Source of the DNA: Oscillospiraceae bacterium
GTDB taxonomy: Bacteria; Bacillota; Clostridia; Oscillospirales; Ruminococcaceae
Direction of reading: 5' to 3'
Assembly (NCBI GenBank): GCA_022792755.1
Contig: JAAWBP010000082.1
Span: 1-54,732, forward strand
DNA length: 54,732 nt
Shown: positions 1-9,228 of the stretch, in pieces
Layout of the letters: each line of letters opens with the position of its first letter
How positions within the stretch are numbered: the stretch's first letter is position 1
Position numbers and translations under genes: made by a program
The notes under the pieces: model-generated
What the model was told of the DNA's origin: nothing
The model's database searches: none
The model's input: the letters and a program-made list of their open reading frames with translations, nothing else

Positions 1-489
1 AAACTCCTTAAAACAAAGGCGCTTAACTGATTCACAGCCCAGATCTTCAAAAGCGATCACTTCACAGGAGGTGATGCACTGGCAGGCAAGAGCCCCAGCT
101 CCGCCAATCGCACAGAAATAAACAGCGCCGTTGCGGCAAACCGCATCCCGCACCGACTGGCTCCGCTCCCCTTTTCCCACCATCGCAGTGAGGCCGAGGT
201 CGAGCAGCCGCGGGGCAAAACCATCCATCCGCCCTGAAGTCGTCGGCCCACAGGAACCGATAGCCAGCCCCTCCGGCGTGGGAGTGGGCCCGGCGTAATA
301 AATGACAGCGCCGTCCAGCTCGAAGGGCAAAGGCTTTCCCGCATCCAGCAGTTCAAAAAAACGCTTATGCGCCGCATCCCGTGCGGTGTACACCGTCCCG
401 CTGAGATAGACCTGGTCGTTGACCCGCAGCTTTGGGGCGTATTGTTTCAGCTCATCCGTTTTGATGTGATACGATGCTATTTTAACCAC
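1..489 (-). CDS. Fe-S hydro-lyase beta subunit (class I fumarate hydratase / L(+)-tartrate dehydratase beta type); the 3' end runs off the window
   Basis: This frame is absent from the ORF track because it has no stop inside the window. My translation from GTG at 489 reads VVKIASYHIKTDELKQYAPKLRVNDQVYLSGTVYTARDAAHKRFFELLDAGKPLPFELDGAVIYYAGPTPTPEG..GSCGPTTSGRMD..MVGKGERS. That is the conserved pattern of FumA/TtdB C-terminal-domain proteins. The start is uncertain because the GTG abuts the AAGGAG. It overlaps the upstream gene's stop by 13 nt. Confidence 0.75.
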   Translation of the reverse strand, partial: MVKIASYHIKTDELKQYAPKLRVNDQVYLSGTVYTARDAAHKRFFELLDAGKPLPFELDGAVIYYAGPTPTPEGLAIGSCGPTTSGRMDGFAPRLLDLGLTAMVGKGERSQSVRDAVCRNGAVYFCAIGGAGALACQCITSCEVIAFEDLGCESVKRLCFKEF

Positions 490-1298
490 TCCTTAAATTT
501 TCCAAAGAAGTCGACGTTCCCGCTCCGATGCACCGGCGCGCTCCCGGTCGTTTTTCTCTGCAAGGGTACAGCCGGTTTTTCAGCCGGACTCTCTTCCTGG
601 AGCGCTGGAGAAGGCTGACTCATGCCGAAAGAGTCCAACGTGCCGTTTACATCGTCGAACGACCGCTCGATCCGGCCGATCTCCTCGTGCAAACTCCCGG
701 TGAGCTGCTCAAGAGAACGGCTGATCTGCCCGATCCGGCGTTGGAACTGATCCAAGTCAGCCCGCACCTGGACTGCGGACTGCTTTGCGTCCTCGACGAT
801 CCTGCCCGCTTCCTCCTCCGCTTCTTCCTTTAAATGAAGGGACATCTGCTGCGCTTCGAGCATGATATCGCTGATATCCTTTGTCAGCGCGTCGTATTTT
901 TCGACCTTGCTCTCCGCCTCGCCCAGCCGGCGGTTCAGCTCGTTGTTTTTCAAAACCAGCTCTGCATTTTGGTTGTTCTGAGCCGTGACCCTCTGTTTGA
1001 GCTGGGAAATCTCCATCTCATTGTCATTGCGGTTGTCGACCAGCCGGCGGACAACCGACTCTAGCGCTTCTGTTTTTTTATCCGCTTCCTCGAGCTGCCG
1101 TTTCAGCTCCAAAAGGACGCTGTGCGCTTCTGAGAGCTTTTCCTCTTTCTCACGCTTTTCCGCTTCGGCCGTCCGGCCCTGTTCCTCCAGCTCCTCGATT
1201 GCCTCCTGGTGGGTTTCGTTGAGCTCTTTGATGCACTTCACCACATCCTTTTTGGAAAATCCAAAAAGGGCAGACTTGAATTTATAACCAAACTCCAT
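477..1298 (-). CDS. DivIVA-like coiled-coil protein
   Basis: ORF 477..1364 trimmed to the ATG at 1298, which is preceded by GGGAGAG. The N-terminus MEFGYKFKSALFGFSKKDVVKCIKEL resembles the DivIVA N-domain (F-x-x-x-x-GY/F-x-x-x-V-D-x-F-L type). It is followed by about 200 aa of heptad-rich E/K/Q/L sequence. Confidence 0.6.
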   Translation of the reverse strand: MEFGYKFKSALFGFSKKDVVKCIKELNETHQEAIEELEEQGRTAEAEKREKEEKLSEAHSVLLELKRQLEEADKKTEALESVVRRLVDNRNDNEMEISQLKQRVTAQNNQNAELVLKNNELNRRLGEAESKVEKYDALTKDISDIMLEAQQMSLHLKEEAEEEAGRIVEDAKQSAVQVRADLDQFQRRIGQISRSLEQLTGSLHEEIGRIERSFDDVNGTLDSFGMSQPSPALQEESPAEKPAVPLQRKTTGSAPVHRSGNVDFFGKFKEWLK

Positions 1299-1354
1299 AT
1301 TCACTCTCCCATGTCCGGCCGTCGGACAGAATCTCTCACAACACTTTAAGGTAT

Positions 1355-1384
1355 AGTATAACATCCAACCCAGAAGGATTTCAA
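1355..1384 (-). promoter_or_regulatory. Candidate sigma-A promoter for the DivIVA-like gene
   Basis: The minus strand reads TTGAAA (1384..1379), an 18-nt spacer, then TG-T-TATACT (-10 at 1360..1355). Confidence 0.5.
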
Positions 1385-1475
1385 TACCTGTTTTCCGATT
1401 CTGCCAAAATAGTTTCAGGATATCTTTTCACAGGTGCAGAAACGCAAAGGCATTCTCATCATCCGGAGTAGCAAG

Positions 1476-1511
1476 ACACCCGCCAAAAAGCGTTTGCTTT
1501 TCGGCGGGTGT
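1476..1511 (-). terminator. Hairpin downstream of serA (possible terminator; no clear U-tract)
   Basis: ACACCCGCCAAAAAGC / GCTTTTCGGCGGGTGT forms a 16-nt inverted repeat with 15 of 16 positions pairing around a GTTT loop. The flanks are not T-rich on either strand. Confidence 0.35.
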
Positions 1512-1572
1512 CAATTTCCCACAAAGCATCCCCTCGGATGCCCCTCTTTACAAGATTCTGTTATCCCACAGG

Positions 1573-2745
1573 TTACGCGGAAATAATCCGGGCGCGGATA
1601 ATCCCTTCAACCGCTTCCAGCCGCCCGACCAACTCTTCCGGAACCTCTTTTTCCTTTAAGTCGATGATGGTGTATGCATAATCGCCTCTCGAGCGGTTCG
1701 TCATATTCTCGATGTTGATGCCGATTTCCGCAAAAGAACCGGAAATCCCGTGGAGCATCTTCGGGATGTTCTGGTGGATGATGCAGATCCGCGCACCGCC
1801 GTTGCGGGGAGCGGAGACCACCGGAAGATTGACGGAATTCGCAATGTTCCCGTTTTCGAGGTAATCGATCACCTGAACGGCGGCCATGCTCGCACAGTTG
1901 TCCTCCGATTCAGGGGTGGAAGCCCCCAGGTGCGGGATTGCGACTACACCCTTTGCGCCGACTGTTTTGCTGTTCGGGAAATCGGTTACATAACGGCCCA
2001 CCTTTCCGCTCTCCAGTGCGGAAAGAATTGCATCGTCATCCACCAGCTCCCCGCGCGCAAAGTTCAAAATCCGCACGCCGTCCTTCATCATGGAAATAAT
2101 ATCGGCGTTGATCATCTGCTTGGTGTCGGCGTTATACGGAACATGGACCGTGATATAATCGCAGTTTTTGTAAATGTCATCCACATTCTTGGTGTGGATG
2201 ATGCTGCGGGAAAGCGCCCAGGCGGCATCCACCGAAAGGTACGGATCGTACCCCAAAACCGTCATCCCCATGCTTTTCGCCGCATTGCAGACCATGACGC
2301 CAATTGCACCCAAGCCGATTACGCCGAGGGTTTTCCCTTTGATTTCAGGCCCGACAAACTGGCCTTTCCCCTTTTCCACCAGCTTCGGGATCGCCTCCCC
2401 CTCTCCGTTCAGGGACTGGGCAAAGCTCAAAGCGTCCGGCACGTTTCGGGAGGAGAGGAGCAGCCCGAGAATGACCAGCTCCTTTACCGCATTCGCGTTG
2501 GCGCCGGGGGTGTTAAAGACCACGATCCCCTCTTTGGCGCAACGGTCAAGCGGGATATTATTGACACCGGCGCCGGCGCGGGCAATAGCGAGCAGGTTCC
2601 GGCTGAACTCCATGTCGTGCATAGCAGCGGAACGGACCAGGATCGCGTCGGGATCCTGGACATCTCCCCCGACATTGTATTTGGCGGGATCAAAATGCTT
2701 TAAACCCGCTTTGGAAATTTGATTCAAAGTGTGAATTTGGTACAC
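1573..2745 (-). CDS. serA: D-3-phosphoglycerate dehydrogenase with C-terminal ACT domain
   Basis: 390 aa. It carries a 2-hydroxyacid dehydrogenase NAD-binding fold (GVIGLGAIG) and an ACT-like tail (ARICIIHQNIPKMLHGISGSFAEIGINIENM). The start is GTG, preceded by GAGGGA, and the gene lies 19 nt downstream of serC. Confidence 0.9.
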   Translation of the reverse strand: MYQIHTLNQISKAGLKHFDPAKYNVGGDVQDPDAILVRSAAMHDMEFSRNLLAIARAGAGVNNIPLDRCAKEGIVVFNTPGANANAVKELVILGLLLSSRNVPDALSFAQSLNGEGEAIPKLVEKGKGQFVGPEIKGKTLGVIGLGAIGVMVCNAAKSMGMTVLGYDPYLSVDAAWALSRSIIHTKNVDDIYKNCDYITVHVPYNADTKQMINADIISMMKDGVRILNFARGELVDDDAILSALESGKVGRYVTDFPNSKTVGAKGVVAIPHLGASTPESEDNCASMAAVQVIDYLENGNIANSVNLPVVSAPRNGGARICIIHQNIPKMLHGISGSFAEIGINIENMTNRSRGDYAYTIIDLKEKEVPEELVGRLEAVEGIIRARIISA

Positions 2746-2764
2746 GGATGTTCCCTCGTTTCAT

Positions 2765-3844
2765 TCAGTTGTTGGCTTCAAACTCTTTCATAAAGGCAAC
2801 CAGAGCCTCCACACCCTCCAACGGCATGGCATTGTAAATCGAAGCGCGCATTCCGCCGACGGTGCGATGCCCTTTTAAGTTAATCAGGCCCCGCGCGGAG
2901 GACTCGGCGACAAATTTTTTATCCAGCTCATCGCTTCCAGTGATAAAGGGGATATTCATGATGGAGCGGTCTTCTTTCGCCACCGTGCCTTTGAACAGCT
3001 TGCTGGAATCCAGAAAATCGTAGAGGAGCTGCGCCTTTTTTTCGTTGCGCTCCTTCATCTTCTCCAGCCCGCCGATTTCTTTAATCCACTCGAGAACCAG
3101 CTTGCAGATATAAATCGCATAGGTCGGAGGGGTGTTATAAAGAGAATCGTTGTCCGCATGGATTTTGTAATCGAACATCGTCGGAGTCGCTTTCATCGCT
3201 TTCCCGATCAAATCCTCCCGGATGATGACGACAGTGAGGCCGGCAGGGCCCATATTTTTCTGAGCGCCCGCGTAAATCAAACCGAATTTCGACACATCGA
3301 CCGGCTCGGAAAGGATGCAGGAGCTCATGTCCGCCACCAGCGGGACATCCCCCGTCTCCGGGATTTCGCTGAAGCGGGTTCCGTAGATGGTGTTGTTCCA
3401 GCAGATGTGGAAGTAGTCGGCATCCTTTGTAAAGGAGGCCGGATCGAGCTTCGGGATATAAGAAAACGTCTCATCCGCGCTGGAAGCGACGACATTCGCC
3501 TCCCCGTAACGCGCGGCCTCCTGATGCGCTTTTTTCGCCCACTGGCCGGTGATGACGAAATCCGCCTTACCGGAACCAGTCATGAGGTTCATCGGGATCA
3601 TCGCGAACTGGGAGGAAGCGCCCCCCTGCACAAACAGCACTTTATAGTTTTCCGGAATCCCCATCACCTCGCGAAGCAGTGCTTCACATCCCTTGATGAT
3701 GGCGTCATACTCTTTGGAGCGGTGGGACATTTCCATAACGGACTGGCCGCTTCCCTGATAGTCGAGCATCTCCTCCGCAGCTTTGGCCAGTACAGCCTCC
3801 GGCAACATAGAAGGTCCCGGGCTGAAATTGTAAACTCTACTCAT
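2765..3844 (-). CDS. serC: Phosphoserine aminotransferase
   Basis: 359 aa. The sequence MSRVYNFSPGPSMLPEAVL...FVQGGASSQF...AGAQKNMGPAG is typical of SerC. A GGAGGG RBS is present. Confidence 0.95.
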   Translation of the reverse strand: MSRVYNFSPGPSMLPEAVLAKAAEEMLDYQGSGQSVMEMSHRSKEYDAIIKGCEALLREVMGIPENYKVLFVQGGASSQFAMIPMNLMTGSGKADFVITGQWAKKAHQEAARYGEANVVASSADETFSYIPKLDPASFTKDADYFHICWNNTIYGTRFSEIPETGDVPLVADMSSCILSEPVDVSKFGLIYAGAQKNMGPAGLTVVIIREDLIGKAMKATPTMFDYKIHADNDSLYNTPPTYAIYICKLVLEWIKEIGGLEKMKERNEKKAQLLYDFLDSSKLFKGTVAKEDRSIMNIPFITGSDELDKKFVAESSARGLINLKGHRTVGGMRASIYNAMPLEGVEALVAFMKEFEANN

Positions 3845-3899
3845 TGTTCAATACCCTCCAAAAATTCTTCACTCATAAAAAACGGAAATATTACCTTCT

Positions 3900-3928
3900 A
3901 TTATATTTTTTATAAAAAAATTAGTCAA
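3900..3928 (-). promoter_or_regulatory. Candidate sigma-A promoter of serC-serA
   Basis: The minus strand reads TTGACT (3928..3923), a 17-nt A/T-rich spacer, then TATAAT (3905..3900), about 55 nt upstream of the serC ATG. Confidence 0.6.
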
Positions 3929-4083
3929 TCCTTTTCCTTATGCTATTGACGTGAATTGTAGAAGCCTCCTAAATTTTGTGCTTTTTCATGCGAATATCTG
4001 ATGAATTTGTTTTCGGGAAAAGAGCAGGCAAAGGGGGGAAGAGGTTTTAACGCCATTTTACCTTCCGATCAGGATCCAAGCCA

Positions 4084-4112
4084 TTGAATCCTGATTGACG
4101 ATATGATACACT
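4084..4112 (+). promoter_or_regulatory. Candidate promoter of the lipoprotein gene
   Basis: TTGAAT (4084..4089), a 17-nt spacer ending in TGA, then TACACT (4107..4112), giving an extended -10. Confidence 0.45.
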
Positions 4113-4146
4113 AGGGAGCGGAATAACTCATGTCAGGAGGCTTCTC

Positions 4147-4626
4147 ATGAAAAAGGCCCTGTTCATATCTGCTATTTTGCCGCTTTTTGCTTTTCTGTTT
4201 TCGGGATGCAGCGAATCAGCGCCGGAAATCCCTTTAAAAACCGCAGTTGCTCAGGTTTACTCTCAAGTCCTCGATCCTTACGGGGAAGGCTGGCTGTCGG
4301 AATTCGACGAGCAGAGGGCAGTGGAGGAGCTTGGAATCAGCGCCGCACTATACACCGAATCAAGCGTATACGCATCTTCCAAACCCAGCCGCTGTACCCT
4401 TCTGGCCGGCTTTTGCCCGGCCGAGGAAAAGGCCGATGTCTTGCAGGAGACTCTCCAAAAAGTCAAGGAAGGCGCGGTCATCGCCTTCGACGGATATCTT
4501 CCCGATCAATACCAGATCGCCAAAAGCGCCGAAATTAAACAGTACAATGGTTATTGCTTCCTCATTATGACCGAAGACAATGAAAAAGTGTCTCGGGCTT
4601 TGGAGGAAGCGCTGAATGGAAGGTAA
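4147..4626 (+). CDS. DUF4358-type lipoprotein
   Basis: Signal peptide with lipobox (MKKALFISAILPLFAFLFSGC). The C-terminal pattern GYLPDQYQIAKSAEIKQYNGYCFLIMTEDNEKV matches my recollection of DUF4358. Confidence 0.75.
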   Translation: MKKALFISAILPLFAFLFSGCSESAPEIPLKTAVAQVYSQVLDPYGEGWLSEFDEQRAVEELGISAALYTESSVYASSKPSRCTLLAGFCPAEEKADVLQETLQKVKEGAVIAFDGYLPDQYQIAKSAEIKQYNGYCFLIMTEDNEKVSRALEEALNGR

Positions 4627-4764
4627 TTTCCTTCGGTTAAGCGAGCCTTGACAGGGAAAGAATCACCACTTGCGACCTCGTCTTATCTTCCCACGGTACA
4701 GCAGGGATTACCACAGTTAAAAAGCAGCTGCCTTTTGACTGTCAGTCAGAAAAGAGGAATCGGT

Positions 4765-5355
4765 ATGTTAAAGGAAATATTAGACCGGCGCAGCATCAGG
4801 AAGTTTCAAGATTCCCCCGTTCCCAAAGCGATGGTCGAAGAGATTCTGCGCGCAGGGCTTCTCGCCCCGTCGTCCAAAAACCGCCAGCCTTGGAAGTTCC
4901 TTGTCGTTTCGGGCAGCGCAAAGGATGAAATGATATCCGTCCTGAACGAGGGATTATCCAGAGAACAGGAGTCTCCTCTCCTGCCGGAAAGCGGCCGGTA
5001 CCTGGCCGGCGCGGAGCAGACCTTCCGGATTATGGATCAAGCCCCTATTGTCATTTTGATTGTCAACCTTCTGGGATCCGGCCTGCACCGCGCCCTTCCC
5101 CCAGAGGAACGGGTTTACGAAATCTGCAACGCGCAGTCCATCGGCGCGGCAATCGAAAACATGGCGCTTCAGGCCGCGGCGCTGGGCCTCGGGAGCCTTT
5201 GGATCTGCGACACCTATTTTTCCCATCAGGAGCTGTGCGGCTGGCTGAACGGGGAAGGGGAGCCTTTCGCCGCGCTGGCGTTGGGATTCCCCGCGGAATC
5301 ACCATCCGCCCGGCCCCGGAAAGAGCTGAAAGAAGCGGTGGAATGGCGGGAATAA
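4765..5355 (+). CDS. Nitroreductase family protein
   Basis: ORF 4648..5355 trimmed to the ATG at 4765 (AGAGGA RBS). The sequence MLKEILDRRSIRKFQDSPVPKAMVEEILRAGLLAPSSKNRQPWKF is the classic nitroreductase N-terminus. Confidence 0.85.
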   Translation: MLKEILDRRSIRKFQDSPVPKAMVEEILRAGLLAPSSKNRQPWKFLVVSGSAKDEMISVLNEGLSREQESPLLPESGRYLAGAEQTFRIMDQAPIVILIVNLLGSGLHRALPPEERVYEICNAQSIGAAIENMALQAAALGLGSLWICDTYFSHQELCGWLNGEGEPFAALALGFPAESPSARPRKELKEAVEWRE

Positions 5356-5436
5356 CAGCCATTCCACTTATCCCACTTTTCTAAAAATCCGCTCTGCCCT
5401 ATCGCCGGTCAGGCCGAAGCAGTTTTACCCTCATAC

Positions 5437-5467
5437 AAAAAACGGGACATTTTATGTCCCGTTTTTT
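5437..5467. terminator. Bidirectional rho-independent terminator (nitroreductase / ftsZ)
   Basis: A 9-bp stem ACGGGACAT-TTT-ATGTCCCGT is flanked by an A-run and a T-run, between convergent genes. Confidence 0.8.
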
Positions 5468-5479
5468 GATCCCTTACTG

Positions 5480-6559
5480 TTACTTCCGCCTGTTCAGCAG
5501 CGTCATAATATCGTCAAAATATTTGTCATCCTCAGCCGATGTCCTCTCACTGACCGCACTGTCCGAAACAGAGGAGATGTCAGCCGCCGCATCCGGCCGG
5601 CGCGCACTCTCGAACCCAGTCGCAATGACCGTGATCTTCATCTCGTCCTCATAGCTTTCATCAAAGGCGGCGCCCCAGATAATATTCGCATCCGGGTGGG
5701 CGGCCTTCGCAATCATAGAGGAAGCGAGGTCGACCTCGTCCAAGCCGATGTCGTTCGATGCCGTGATGTTGATAATAACCCCATGTGCGCCGTTGATCGA
5801 GGTTTCAAGCAGCGGACTGGAAATCGCCATCGTGGCCGCAGCCTCCGCTTTGTCCTTTCCCTGCGCACGCCCAACGCCCATGTGGGCATAACCTGCATTG
5901 CTCATGATCGTCGTGACGTCGGCAAAGTCGAGGTTGACGAGCCCGGGAACGTTGATCAAATCGGAAATGCTCTGGACACCCTGCCGCAGAACGTCATCGG
6001 CCGCCAGGAACGCATTGGCCAAGGTGATTTTCGTATCGGGGATCAGCTTCAGCCGCTCGTTCGGAATGACGACCAGAGAATCCACCTGACGGCTGAGGGC
6101 CGCAACACCGGACTCCGCCTGCGCCATCCGGCGCGGGCCTTCAAACGCGAAGGGCTTTGTCACGATCCCGACGGTCAGAATGCCGAGCTCACGGGCAATC
6201 TCCGCAATGACAGGAGCCGCACCTGTACCAGTGCCGCCGCCCATCCCTGCGGTGATAAAGACCATCTGCGTCCCCTTCAGCGCCGCTTCGATTTCCTCAC
6301 GGCTCTCCTCTGCGGCACGCTGTCCGCGCTCCGGGTCCCCTCCGGCCCCGCGGCCCTTTGTCAGCTTTTCCCCAATCTGGATTTTATTGACCGCCTTTGA
6401 ATGAAACAGCACCTGCTTGTCCGTATTGATGGTAATAAACTCAACGCTTTCCATCCCCGCGGCAATCATGCGGTTTACAGCGTTTCCGCCGCCGCCGCCG
6501 ACGCCGATTACTTTAATGTTTACTGCTTTTTCCGCGTCATTATCCAACACAAAATTCAC
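5480..6559 (-). CDS. ftsZ: Cell division GTPase FtsZ
   Basis: Contains [17 protein letters not shown] and the [11 protein letters not shown] tubulin signature. The C-terminal peptide is [16 protein letters not shown]. The start is GTG, 8 nt after GGAGGA. Confidence 0.97.
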   Translation of the reverse strand: MNFVLDNDAEKAVNIKVIGVGGGGGNAVNRMIAAGMESVEFITINTDKQVLFHSKAVNKIQIGEKLTKGRGAGGDPERGQRAAEESREEIEAALKGTQMVFITAGMGGGTGTGAAPVIAEIARELGILTVGIVTKPFAFEGPRRMAQAESGVAALSRQVDSLVVIPNERLKLIPDTKITLANAFLAADDVLRQGVQSISDLINVPGLVNLDFADVTTIMSNAGYAHMGVGRAQGKDKAEAAATMAISSPLLETSINGAHGVIINITASNDIGLDEVDLASSMIAKAAHPDANIIWGAAFDESYEDEMKITVIATGFESARRPDAAADISSVSDSAVSERTSAEDDKYFDDIMTLLNRRK

Positions 6560-6667
6560 TTTAACGTTCCTCCAATTCGAGAGATCCTCACAACCATTTC
6601 CGCGGATCCGATTTCACGAGTGCCTATCTATCACAACGAAAGTCATTCCATTCACTTCATAAATAAT

Positions 6668-6697
6668 ATCTTATCACATAACCGCACAGTTTTTCAA
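6668..6697 (-). promoter_or_regulatory. Candidate dedicated ftsZ promoter
   Basis: The minus strand reads TTGAAA (6697..6692), an 18-nt spacer, then TG-A-TAAGAT (-10 at 6673..6668), inside the 209-nt ftsQ-ftsZ gap. Confidence 0.5.
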
Positions 6698-6768
6698 GCC
6701 CTTTAGATGCTTTTTTAGCACTTTCGTTCAGTTTTCCTTTCACCGCCTAAAGCACTTCAAAAAGGCTG

Positions 6769-7854
6769 TCATGGGCTGCTGGCTTGGGAAGAATCGGGCT
6801 CCGAGGCAGGATTGGAACCGCCGCTCTGGGAAGGATCTGAGGCGGGAGAGGAAGAATTTGACAAATTTTCCTCCGGCCGGAAATAGATGCTCCCCGGCTG
6901 CTTTGCGTCGATGACTCCTTTGCTGCTGCCGCCCAGCCTCCCCTCCATCACCTCTTTTGCAAAAGCGAGTTTATATTGCAGATTGCTCACACTGCCGATA
7001 TCGATCCGGAACCTGTCTCCCACAAAGATCCTGATATCGACCACGCTTCTCAAATCGATCCTCGTCAGGTTTGTAAGCCCCAGATCGGTGCAGATGCTGT
7101 TGATGGTCTCGAGCGTCTCGACTTCCTGTCCGGCGTCCGAATGGATGAACTCCCCGTTTTGGTAACCCTGCAGGTCGACACCGGTCACAATAAAGGTGTT
7201 CTCCCCCGGTTCCGAAAGGCCGGAGTCGAGGATCCTCCCCGCGGCGCTCACCAAATAATACCCGCCGCTGCCGGAAATGCTCATAACCGGTTCTGCTTCA
7301 ACAACCGCTATGATCAGCTTGTTGGGGAACGAGCGCTTGATTTCAACCCGGTCGACGTACGCAAAGGCATTGATGATCCGGTCGGACGCATCCCCTGTGC
7401 TGATCCGGAAAAGATTGTCTCCGAGGCGCAGGCCGGACATCGCCCCGATCTCCTCCGCCGTATATCTCGAGCTCCCTTCCACTTCGATCGCATCGATATT
7501 GAAAAAGACCGTCAGGGAAAGGATCACACCCGCAACGATGATAAAAAGGGCGAGGATCATATAATAAAGGGTATGGTTTCTTTTTCTCCTTTTCTTCCGC
7601 TTGACCGCGACAGCCTGGCGCGCTCGCTGCCGGTCTTCGACGGGAAAAGCCACTCGTTCCCCGCTCGGAAGCCGCCTCGCAGGGTTCGGTTTTTCAGCGG
7701 AAGAAGGGTGCTTCACAGCAGCAGGGCGCGGCGGGGCACTTCTTGCCTTCGCCGGCCCTTTAGACGGCCGTCTTTTTTTCTTTTTTTGCTTCCCGGCAGG
7801 CTGGATTCCGTTTCTCACATCCAGCTGCTGCCTTGCTTTTTTCACTTCGCTCAT
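6769..7854 (-). CDS. ftsQ: Cell division protein FtsQ/DivIB (POTRA domain) with a long basic N-terminal extension
   Basis: About 95 aa of K/R/P-rich sequence is followed by one TM helix (LYYMILALFIIVAGVILSLTVFF). A POTRA-like segment follows (IDAIEVEGSSRYTAEEI..LRLGDNLF..VDRVEIKRSFPNKLIIAVVE). The position between murA and ftsZ also fits. Confidence 0.85.
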   Translation of the reverse strand: MSEVKKARQQLDVRNGIQPAGKQKKKKRRPSKGPAKARSAPPRPAAVKHPSSAEKPNPARRLPSGERVAFPVEDRQRARQAVAVKRKKRRKRNHTLYYMILALFIIVAGVILSLTVFFNIDAIEVEGSSRYTAEEIGAMSGLRLGDNLFRISTGDASDRIINAFAYVDRVEIKRSFPNKLIIAVVEAEPVMSISGSGGYYLVSAAGRILDSGLSEPGENTFIVTGVDLQGYQNGEFIHSDAGQEVETLETINSICTDLGLTNLTRIDLRSVVDIRIFVGDRFRIDIGSVSNLQYKLAFAKEVMEGRLGGSSKGVIDAKQPGSIYFRPEENLSNSSSPASDPSQSGGSNPASEPDSSQASSP

Positions 7855-7865
7855 CGGTATTCCTT

Positions 7866-9125
7866 TTATGCCTCTCTGTGGATCCTCCCGCCAAGGCCGG
7901 CGAGATTTTGTTCAATTCTCTCATAGCCGCGGTCAATGTGGTATAGATTGCTGATCGTCGTGGTACCCGAAGCTGCGAGCCCGGCGATGACGAGGGCTGC
8001 CCCGCCGCGCAGGTCGGTCGATTCCACGCTGGCTCCATAAAGCGAGTTGACCCCTTCTACCACCGCAACCTTGCCCTCCACCTTGATGTTCGCTCCCATT
8101 CGGACCAGCTCGCTGACGTGTTTGTAACGGTTTTCAAAGACGTTTTCTACAAACATCGAAGTTCCGGAAGCCAGCGCTGTCACCGTCATGACAGGAGCCT
8201 GTGCATCGGTCGGGAAGCCGGGATAAGGCATCGTCCGGATCGGTTTGACTGCTTTCAAGCGCAGCGGCGCCTTTAGGTAGACAGACCGGTCGGTTATTCT
8301 GAGTTTGCAGCCCATCTGGTCCAGAACCGGGAAAACGCTGTCGAGCTGGTCGGTCAAAACATCGGTTAGCAGAACCTCGCCGCCGGTTGCCGCCGCAGCG
8401 CAGAGATAGGTAACTGCAACAATCCGGTCGGGAATCACCCTAAACTCGGTCTCGGAGAGGACCGGCACGCCTTCTATCACGATCGTGCTCTCACCGGCGC
8501 CGTAAATCTTAGCCCCGCACTGGTTTAAAAATTCCGCCAGGGCGACGATCTCCGGCTCCTGTGCAGCGTTGGTGATCACCGTACGCCCCAAGGCGGTCGC
8601 GGCCGCAATTATGACATTCTCCGTCGCCCCAACGCTCGGGAAAGAAAAAGAGATGCGGCTGCCGACAAAACGCTTGCTGCGGAGTTCGCAGTCCAATAGC
8701 CCATAGCCCTCTTTGATTCGAAGGCCGAGCTGCCGCAGCCCCATCAAGTGAAGGTCGATCGGCCTGGGGCCGAGTTCACACCCGCCCGGAAAAGAAATCT
8801 GAGCGGCGTTCATTCTGGCGGCAATGGCGCCGAGAAAAACAATAGAAGAGCGCATCTCCCGCATCAGATCATCCGGCACATCGTACCGGTCGACCCGGGA
8901 TGCGTCGATCTCAACCGTGCTGCCCTCCCTACGGATCCGGCAGCCGAGATAACTCAAAATTTTGCAGGCTGCATCTACGTCGGTCAAGTCGGGGCAATTA
9001 TGTAAAACCGTTTTTCCTTTTACCAACATAGCTGCGGCCAGAAGCGGCAAAGAACTGTTTTTCGCCCCTTGCACCGCCAGCTCTCCTATGAGGGGCACAC
9101 CGCCTATAATTGTCAATTTTTCCAT
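7866..9125 (-). CDS. murA: UDP-N-acetylglucosamine 1-carboxyvinyltransferase
   Basis: 419 aa, MEKLTIIGGVPLIGELAVQGAKNSSLPLL.... The active-site Cys context FPGGCELGPRPIDLH is retained. Confidence 0.95.
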   Translation of the reverse strand: MEKLTIIGGVPLIGELAVQGAKNSSLPLLAAAMLVKGKTVLHNCPDLTDVDAACKILSYLGCRIRREGSTVEIDASRVDRYDVPDDLMREMRSSIVFLGAIAARMNAAQISFPGGCELGPRPIDLHLMGLRQLGLRIKEGYGLLDCELRSKRFVGSRISFSFPSVGATENVIIAAATALGRTVITNAAQEPEIVALAEFLNQCGAKIYGAGESTIVIEGVPVLSETEFRVIPDRIVAVTYLCAAAATGGEVLLTDVLTDQLDSVFPVLDQMGCKLRITDRSVYLKAPLRLKAVKPIRTMPYPGFPTDAQAPVMTVTALASGTSMFVENVFENRYKHVSELVRMGANIKVEGKVAVVEGVNSLYGASVESTDLRGGAALVIAGLAASGTTTISNLYHIDRGYERIEQNLAGLGGRIHREA

Positions 9126-9159
9126 TGAAACACCCTCCCTTGCCTATTGCACAGGCTCT

Positions 9160-9185
9160 GTAAAACCGAAGGAGGCCTTACGGAG
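9160..9185 (-). terminator. Weak terminator-like hairpin between murG and murA
   Basis: The minus strand reads CCG(T)AAGG-CCT-CCTTCGG followed by TTTTAC. Confidence 0.3.
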
Positions 9186-9228
9186 TATACTATGCCAAGG
9201 GAAGGAGTTTGGTGAAAAGCAGAGAGCT

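Noticed and set aside
57-377. 106-aa ORF on the minus strand at the left edge of the window.
   Set aside because: A different minus-strand frame across 1..489 translates into a clearly recognisable Fe-S hydro-lyase beta subunit. The listed ORF is an out-of-frame shadow with Arg/Trp/Cys-rich junk composition.
4648-4764. N-terminal extensions in the ORF track (4648, 1364, 25989, 26312, 27087, 34268, 36184, 45829 and 50437 starts).
   Set aside because: Internal starts have properly spaced GGAGG-type RBSs and give N-termini typical of the families. The extensions often run through predicted promoters or terminators.
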